64,000 nucleotides of DNA from Gemmataceae bacterium (GTDB lineage: Bacteria; Planctomycetota; Planctomycetia; Gemmatales; Gemmataceae). The position numbers were made by a program, and so were the translations under genes. This document shows, piece after piece, positions 59,301-64,000 of the stretch; position 1 is the stretch's first letter, and every line of letters begins with the position of its first letter. A model generated the notes under the pieces. It saw only the letters and a list, made by a program, of their open reading frames with translations. It was not told the origin of the DNA and searched no databases. The stretch spans positions 28,224 through 92,223 of the forward strand of contig JBGQKZ010000010.1 in assembly GCA_041499805.1 (NCBI GenBank), written 5' to 3'.

Positions 59301-60302
59301 TCGCTCATGGAGCAGCAGCCGGGCCGCGCCGAAGGTTACTTCGGCATGTCGAACGTGCGCGAGCTGGCGGGCGACGACGCGGGCGCCGCGTCCTGGCTGG
59401 CGCGCTGGCGGGAACGCCATCCCAACGATCTGCACGCGCTGGAAGAAGAAGTGCGTTTGCGCGTTGTCGCGGCGCAAAGCGCGGAAGCGATGGAAATGGG
59501 CGAACACGCCCTCATCGAGCAGATCAAGCGGATCGAAGAGAGCGCCGCCGCCGGCGCCGGCAGCCGGCAGAAACGGCAGCAAGCCGAGCGCGACCGCGTG
59601 GCTCGCTTCGAAGCACAAATGACGCTGGCGATCGCCCGCGGTTTATTCGCCGGCGAGTCCTACGCGTACGCGGCGAGCTGGGGGACAAGGGCGCTGACGC
59701 TGGCCCAGCGGCTGCCGCCGAGCGAAGCGGAAACACTTCCCGACGCGCACGTGCTCTGCGGCGACGTAAATGCGGCACTGGCCCGGCAGGAGAAAGCCGG
59801 CGCCGCCCGCAAAGACCTTGCCGAGCGCGCCATCGAGCATTATCGCGTGGTTTTCGCAAAGGTTCCGGGCCATCCGACCGCGGGGGCGCGCCTCGCCGCG
59901 CTTCTCAGTCGGGAGCGTGGCGAGCACGAGGCGGCCCTTGCCATCGTGCAGCGCTTGCGGCAGGGGCGGTATAGCCAAACGCTTGTCACGGGCGAACGCT
60001 TGTCGCTGGAATTCCTCGACACGCTCGGCATCGTGTACCGCGACGCGGGCCGGCACAAGGAGGCGATACAGCTTTTCCAGGAAGCGCTGCGCCGTTACGC
60101 CGGGGAGCCGGAAATTTACCTTCATCTCGGACGGGCCTACGCGGGCCTCGGCAAGCCGCGCGACGCGGTCGAGACGCTGAGCCGCGCGGTGCGGTTGGCG
60201 GAGGAACGGGCCGAGAGCAGCGCCGCGATGAGTGTGAAAACACGCTGGCTCGACATTGCCGCCGAGGCGCGGCGCGAGCAACAGGGTTTGGTGAGTCGGT
60301 GA
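56364..60302 (+). CDS. Large tetratricopeptide-repeat protein with N-terminal membrane anchor (1312 aa)
   Basis: GTG start. N-terminal TM WVAWGLLLAVVACGGVYA. Alpha-helical TPR-like periodicity throughout (AxxA, WxxLGxxY motifs). Confidence 0.8.
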   Translation: MQPRRRRRWVAWGLLLAVVACGGVYAANWWNNRPAQLLAAAGHSFEEGERAFQQAEDVNDEAHSAERRAAARAAYEAAERDLQRACDETKTPLDSNHLLLRHKLLLKLAQLHSLEERERGDADPNRPSLEMVKEAWKQALLAAAEPTCAEAQALMLGRCFAADALDKAGPFATNLLLHPPADTSQGTDFHPYVLGAHFVLAQAALTGAAPRPEEALEHLRQSRALQKPGEETKWRAVALEVRAWKALAVVQKPTKVEPADGPRARCRACVREALDRLHREHEQIAAWTTKATGAPPTLLTLSPTDTRGLFEFLTLSIEGATDRDEVAQRTALALSTWEMLVAVDKPSELVLREAARRITALPALLDKLPAAVKLKPDDEAKTLEHVESLTGLIQDAGHPVDPGVFLAQARLAHRQGRFAAAQRQAQRGIQAAKAGRLPGDQRPLLDLHAEAAWIFVLQGRVHDAEEHLAVLRQFPKTFGGLARLAEGLAAVLDGRLDQGVRSLLEAQQHQDYGQTVYPYLGLAYAYVAMGDCTRALPYLEKLVARYNRYEQLPAEEKAVAAQLLPGPAALALELYRSHLGLDHLAEAEQYKELLEGQPEALTASLALIHRCLSLDRHYRQARQPDLARQALDAARKELTLARQQAPDDVRLLSAEVERLSAEPGNDVRAEPLLRTYIEQHPERKIDGELASARWLLQQGRIREAGRSLDGLAKVELPEHRRQYQFLRAQWLLADGHSCDAADQLLGLLHAERHDAGGEFYLVSASGIMSRHENDGLTHFWRGTLAQVRGDYAQAVRSYERSVQFAPFRTASQRGLLACLLQVSAKDSPVAAHELAAELLRSHPADVALLLGFIEAAAKLDNLYGAQGMEGALAALETALRAQGLDPALGPYFKARAWLSVQRPDLARRELARGLQANPAHEPSLLLAVPLVAAEEDWEATLRYATALYGFTPDRIDVRVAKAKALAGLGRFAEGEAICRSLMEQQPGRAEGYFGMSNVRELAGDDAGAASWLARWRERHPNDLHALEEEVRLRVVAAQSAEAMEMGEHALIEQIKRIEESAAAGAGSRQKRQQAERDRVARFEAQMTLAIARGLFAGESYAYAASWGTRALTLAQRLPPSEAETLPDAHVLCGDVNAALARQEKAGAARKDLAERAIEHYRVVFAKVPGHPTAGARLAALLSRERGEHEAALAIVQRLRQGRYSQTLVTGERLSLEFLDTLGIVYRDAGRHKEAIQLFQEALRRYAGEPEIYLHLGRAYAGLGKPRDAVETLSRAVRLAEERAESSAAMSVKTRWLDIAAEARREQQGLVSR

Positions 60303-60318
60303 TCGGGTAACGACCTCT

Positions 60319-62049
60319 ATGTCCTACGCACTGGAACCATCCGCGCCGTCGGTCGCCGTTTCGCTTGCGGGAACGCCGTGGCGGCGCGCGCTCGCCCGCG
60401 CGGTCGTGCCGGTCGTCCTGGCCGCGGTCTTCTTTCGTGCGAGCAACTTGCCGATCACGCCGGTCGATACGTGGAGCCATTGGAAGCACGGCGAATGGAT
60501 CTGGCAGCACGGCCGTTTGCCGGATCGCGACCTGTTCGGTTACACGAGCGAGCCGGGCCTGCGCCTGGCCGACACCGCGTGGCTGAGTCAAGTCGTCGGC
60601 TACCTCGTTTATCGCGGGGCCGGCATGGAAGGAATCGCCTTGCTTTACGGTGTGCTGGAACTATTGAAAGCGCTATTTCTGCTGCTCGCCGGCCGGCGCG
60701 CGACGGGCTCGCTTGGGTGGGCGCTGGTCGGTGTGATCGTGTTCCAGGCGGCGCGTGGCAATTTCTACGGTGTTTTTCGGCCGCAGGTGATCGGCGACGT
60801 CTGCTGGTTCGCGCTCTTGTGGCTGTGCGTGCGGCCGCCGCTCACGCGGGTGGCGGTGGCGGTGATTCCCGCAGTCTTCGCGCTATGGGCAAATCTGCAC
60901 GGGGCGTTCTTGCTCGGTTACGTCCTGCTGGCGGTGATCCTCGCCGGGCATTTCGTTGAACAGGTCCGGACGCAGCGCAGTCTGGCCCGCGCCTTTGCCG
61001 ACGGCGGGGTGCGCCGGCTGGCGTTGGCCTTGGGGCTGAGCGTCGCCGCGGCGTGTGTGAATCCGTATGGGCCGAAGCTGCTGCTGGAGGTGGTGCGTTT
61101 CAGCAAATTGCCGATTCTGCAAGCCGTCACCGAATGGCAGCCGCTCGTGCCGTTGTTTGATTTCGACGGCAAGATGCTCGCGCTGTCGTTTCTCCTCGTG
61201 CTGGTCACGCTGCGGCTGAGTCCCCGGCGTTTCGCGGCGGGTGAGGTTGGTCTGTTGCTGCTGTTCGGTCTCTCGGCCTGGTTCACGGCGCGGATGGCGC
61301 CGTGGTGGGCGACCTTGTGGCCCTTACTGCTGTTGCCGCACTGGCAGGCGCTGGCGCCTTGGAGCGATGAGCCTCCGGCGAGGCACTCCACGGTTCTTGG
61401 CGCTTCGCTCATGATTCTCGGTTGGTTCGGGGCGGGGGCACTGGTGCTGGCGTCGGGGAGCGGTCGATGGTTGTTGCACGGCGAGGCGCGGGCGACGGCG
61501 GTGCAGACGAGCGCCGATACGCCGGTGCGGCTCGCGGAGTCCCTGGCCGACTGGATGAGCCGGCGCGAAGCGGCGGGCCACGGCCGGCCGTGGCGGGTCT
61601 ATGCGTCGTTTCGTTGGAACGATTACCTGCTCTGGAAACTGCCGCCGCAGACGCGCTTTTATTTCTACAGTTTCGTCCATTGGTTCGACGTCGAGCGCTT
61701 CAACGACCGCATCTATCTCGAAGAGATGCACGACGGACCACACGACTGGCGCGGGTTGCTCGAGCGCTACCGGATCGACGTCTTGGTGTTGCAGGCACAG
61801 CCAAGCACGGCGCTGTTTGAGGCGTTCCACGGACCACGGCGGCCGGAGGAATGGGACGTGATTTACGATGATGCGACGCCGGGGGACACGCTGGGCCGTG
61901 GCTTGATCGCGGTGCGGCGCGTCGATTCGTTTGCGGAGCAACTGACGGCGGTGGATGCAGCGCAGGGCTGCGTCGGCGCGCTCGGGCAAACGCCGCTCGC
62001 GGGGACGTGGCGCGCGTTGGCTCGGCTGCCGTGGTACGGGAAAAAGTGA
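60319..62049 (+). CDS. Polytopic membrane protein, possibly GT-C-fold glycosyltransferase-like (paralogue A)
   Basis: At least 10 TM helices. Conserved first-loop motif PVDTWSHWKHGEWIWQHGRLP. WANLHGAFLLGYVLLAV. Large C-terminal soluble domain. Confidence 0.65.
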   Translation: MSYALEPSAPSVAVSLAGTPWRRALARAVVPVVLAAVFFRASNLPITPVDTWSHWKHGEWIWQHGRLPDRDLFGYTSEPGLRLADTAWLSQVVGYLVYRGAGMEGIALLYGVLELLKALFLLLAGRRATGSLGWALVGVIVFQAARGNFYGVFRPQVIGDVCWFALLWLCVRPPLTRVAVAVIPAVFALWANLHGAFLLGYVLLAVILAGHFVEQVRTQRSLARAFADGGVRRLALALGLSVAAACVNPYGPKLLLEVVRFSKLPILQAVTEWQPLVPLFDFDGKMLALSFLLVLVTLRLSPRRFAAGEVGLLLLFGLSAWFTARMAPWWATLWPLLLLPHWQALAPWSDEPPARHSTVLGASLMILGWFGAGALVLASGSGRWLLHGEARATAVQTSADTPVRLAESLADWMSRREAAGHGRPWRVYASFRWNDYLLWKLPPQTRFYFYSFVHWFDVERFNDRIYLEEMHDGPHDWRGLLERYRIDVLVLQAQPSTALFEAFHGPRRPEEWDVIYDDATPGDTLGRGLIAVRRVDSFAEQLTAVDAAQGCVGALGQTPLAGTWRALARLPWYGKK

Positions 62050-62124
62050 AAGCCGCCGGTCGTCTTTCGCGATCACGTGTCGTGCTGGTCGCGCGAAGCC
62101 GCGAACGGCCGTGTGAGTCAATTG

Positions 62125-63909
62125 ATGAACGTCTTTGTGAAAGAAAGAGTGAACCGTCTGCCGGAGCCGGGGACGCCGGGCTTCGTTCTCGGCGCCGGCT
62201 TCGACCTCGCCGACCCGAAGTCGCGCTGGGCCCGGTTCTACCTGCGCTATAGCCACGTGGTCGCGGTCCTGCTGCTCGGCGCGTGCTTCGTGCTGGTCAA
62301 TCTCCGTTCGCTGTGGCACACCGACGTTTGGGGGCATCTGCGCTTCGGCGAGAGCATCGTGCAGCAACGCGCGCTGCCGCAACACGAGCGTTTCAGCGGC
62401 GACTATGCCGATCAGGACGCGCCGTACATCAACTATCAATGGCTATCGCAGGCCGGCGCCTATCTTGTTTTCGATCTGGGCCGGCAACTTGGGAACATGG
62501 CGGCGACCGAGCATGTGCCGGCCGCGACGCGCGACGGCAAGCCGTTGACGGAGAAACAGAGGGGCGAGCTGGCGGACGACTATCGGCTGGGCGGCGGCGT
62601 GGTGTTCCTGCAAAGCACCCATGCGGCGTTGGTCACGCTGCGGCTGGTGCTGCTGTTGCTTGCGTTTCGACGGTTGACCGGCTCCCTGGCGTGCGCGCTG
62701 GTTGGCGTGGTTCTGGAATATGGGATGGGATTGTTCTGCCACGTCGGCGTCATTCGGCCGCAGGTAGTGGGCGAGCTGTTCTTCGCCGCCGTGCTTCTGG
62801 CGCTGAGCCGGCCGCTGTTGTCACGGCGTGCCTTATTCTTCGTGCCGCTGGCGATGGTCCTGTGGGCGAATAGCCACGGGTCGTTTCCGATAGGGTTTGT
62901 TCTGCTGGCGGCGGCGCTCGTTGCTCAGGCGTGGCAGGCGGCCGCCGTGGGCGATGGTCAGGGTTCGGTATTCCGTACTCCGTACGCGCTGCCGCGGCAT
63001 GTTCTTGGTATGGCGAACCGAGCTTTCCGCGCTGCGCAAGTGCAACGACTCGCCGCTGTTCTTGTGCTGTCGCTCGCCGCCGTGGCGTTGCTCAATCCGC
63101 ACGGGCCGAATCTGTTTGTGCGGAGCTGGGAGCTGGCGAATCATCCGAACATTCGGTTCATGGAAGAATGGAAGCCGTTGCCCTTGAAGACCACCGCGGG
63201 TTACACGTTTTTGGCCACACTCCTGGCCCTGGCGCCGTTGCTGCGATGGAGTCCGCGGCGTTTTACGTCGCTGCAAATTCTGCTGCTGCTCGGTTTCGGC
63301 TGGCAAACGCTGGCGCACACGCGCGTGCTCGTGTGGTGGATTATGGTTTACGTGTGGGTCGTGCTGCCGCATGTGTACGCCCTTTGGCAGCGCTGGGCGC
63401 CGGCGCTGCCTGCGACGTGGGACCTGCCGAGTTTGCGGAAAACGGCTCTTACGGCTCTCGCCGTGCCGGCGGTCGCGTTGTGGACGGGGCCGGCTCTATG
63501 GTTCGTGTGGGGCGAGGCGCCGCTCGGATCGAAGCGGGTGACCAATGTGACGCCGTTGAAGGCCGCCGCGTATATCCGCGACGAATTCACCAAGAACCCG
63601 GAGCTGCCGCGCGTCGTGTTCGCCAGCGAAACCGAGGGTGAGTTTTTGCTGTGGGATTTGCGGCTGGAGCCGCCGGTCCGCGTCTTCGCGTACACGCACG
63701 TTCATTTATTCACGCCGGAGCATTGGCGCGAGACGTTCGCCGTCAAGAGCGGCGAGCCGACGTGGCAAGCGATTCTCGACCGGCACGCCGTACAGTTCGT
63801 CGTCGTCGAGCCGGACATGCACCCGCTCTTGACGGAGAAAATCCGCGCGGCGAAGGAACGGTGGCAGGTGATCGCAAGCGATCCGGTGCTGGTGGCGAAA
63901 CGACGGTGA
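62125..63909 (+). CDS. Polytopic membrane protein, paralogue B of 60319..62049
   Basis: Collinear motifs HTDVWGHLRFGESIVQQRALP and WANSHGSFPIGFVLLAA. Start could alternatively be 62077. Confidence 0.65.
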   Translation: MNVFVKERVNRLPEPGTPGFVLGAGFDLADPKSRWARFYLRYSHVVAVLLLGACFVLVNLRSLWHTDVWGHLRFGESIVQQRALPQHERFSGDYADQDAPYINYQWLSQAGAYLVFDLGRQLGNMAATEHVPAATRDGKPLTEKQRGELADDYRLGGGVVFLQSTHAALVTLRLVLLLLAFRRLTGSLACALVGVVLEYGMGLFCHVGVIRPQVVGELFFAAVLLALSRPLLSRRALFFVPLAMVLWANSHGSFPIGFVLLAAALVAQAWQAAAVGDGQGSVFRTPYALPRHVLGMANRAFRAAQVQRLAAVLVLSLAAVALLNPHGPNLFVRSWELANHPNIRFMEEWKPLPLKTTAGYTFLATLLALAPLLRWSPRRFTSLQILLLLGFGWQTLAHTRVLVWWIMVYVWVVLPHVYALWQRWAPALPATWDLPSLRKTALTALAVPAVALWTGPALWFVWGEAPLGSKRVTNVTPLKAAAYIRDEFTKNPELPRVVFASETEGEFLLWDLRLEPPVRVFAYTHVHLFTPEHWRETFAVKSGEPTWQAILDRHAVQFVVVEPDMHPLLTEKIRAAKERWQVIASDPVLVAKRR

Positions 63910-63918
63910 GGGACGAAC

Positions 63919-64000
63919 ATGGATTTGAGCCACGGACGCGGCTCGAAACGGTACGCACCCCCTTCACTCATCATGCTCGTGCAGCGCGTTTCTTGCCGTC
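63919..64000 (+). CDS. Start of a further ORF (3'-partial)
   Basis: ATG at 63919 (MDLSHGRGSKRYAPPS...). Too short to judge. Confidence 0.2.
   Translation, partial: MDLSHGRGSKRYAPPSLIMLVQRVSCR

Noticed and set aside
56680-59974. Multiple 200-380-aa ORFs on both strands inside the TPR gene
   Set aside because: All off-frame or antisense to the 1312-aa TPR protein, and Arg/Ala/Pro-rich.

Overview
GC-rich (~65-70%) bacterial chromosomal segment. Pro/Ala-rich secreted proteins, a GT87/DUF2029 protein, DUF1571, a giant TPR protein and a serpin point to Planctomycetota, but this is inference, not a search result. Gene content and order were read from the six-frame translations and from manual reverse-complementing. 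Every family assignment rests on recognised motifs. Ncrna and repeat coordinates are approximate (+/- a few nt), and at one position my manual reading of the numbered sequence disagreed with the ORF track by 1 nt, so the track is authoritative.

The left third (about 1.9-17.3 kb) reads as an accessory, defence-like block, almost entirely on the minus strand. It holds the RES-Xre and DUF433-DUF5615 toxin-antitoxin pairs (a third pair, ParDE, lies outside the block at 33.7-34.3 kb), a DUF1697 protein, an AAA_25/RecA-like ATPase, a DUF4058/Uma2-like protein, and a Ro60/TROVE (Rsr) orthologue with a C-terminal vWA domain. Directly upstream of rsr and co-directional with it is a tandem array of four Y-RNA-like ncRNAs. 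Two of the four carry a circularly permuted tRNA mimic: T-arm, loop-closed acceptor stem, D-arm. Further upstream are a STAND-like P-loop NTPase cassette flanked by a serpin, an LRR protein and a YncE-like beta-propeller.

The remainder is mostly housekeeping: ppk1, dapA, carA, typA, sixA, an OmpR/HK two-component pair, a flotillin-like protein, and an Fe-type ABC importer with an ArsR regulator. Interspersed are three tandem STN-like secreted paralogues, a large TPR protein followed by two paralogous polytopic membrane proteins, and at least two families of REP-like nested palindromic repeats plus several long perfect hairpins.

The Rsr + multi-copy Y-RNA/tRNA-mimic array is the standout candidate for a previously undescribed arrangement. 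The STAND NTPase cassette is second.
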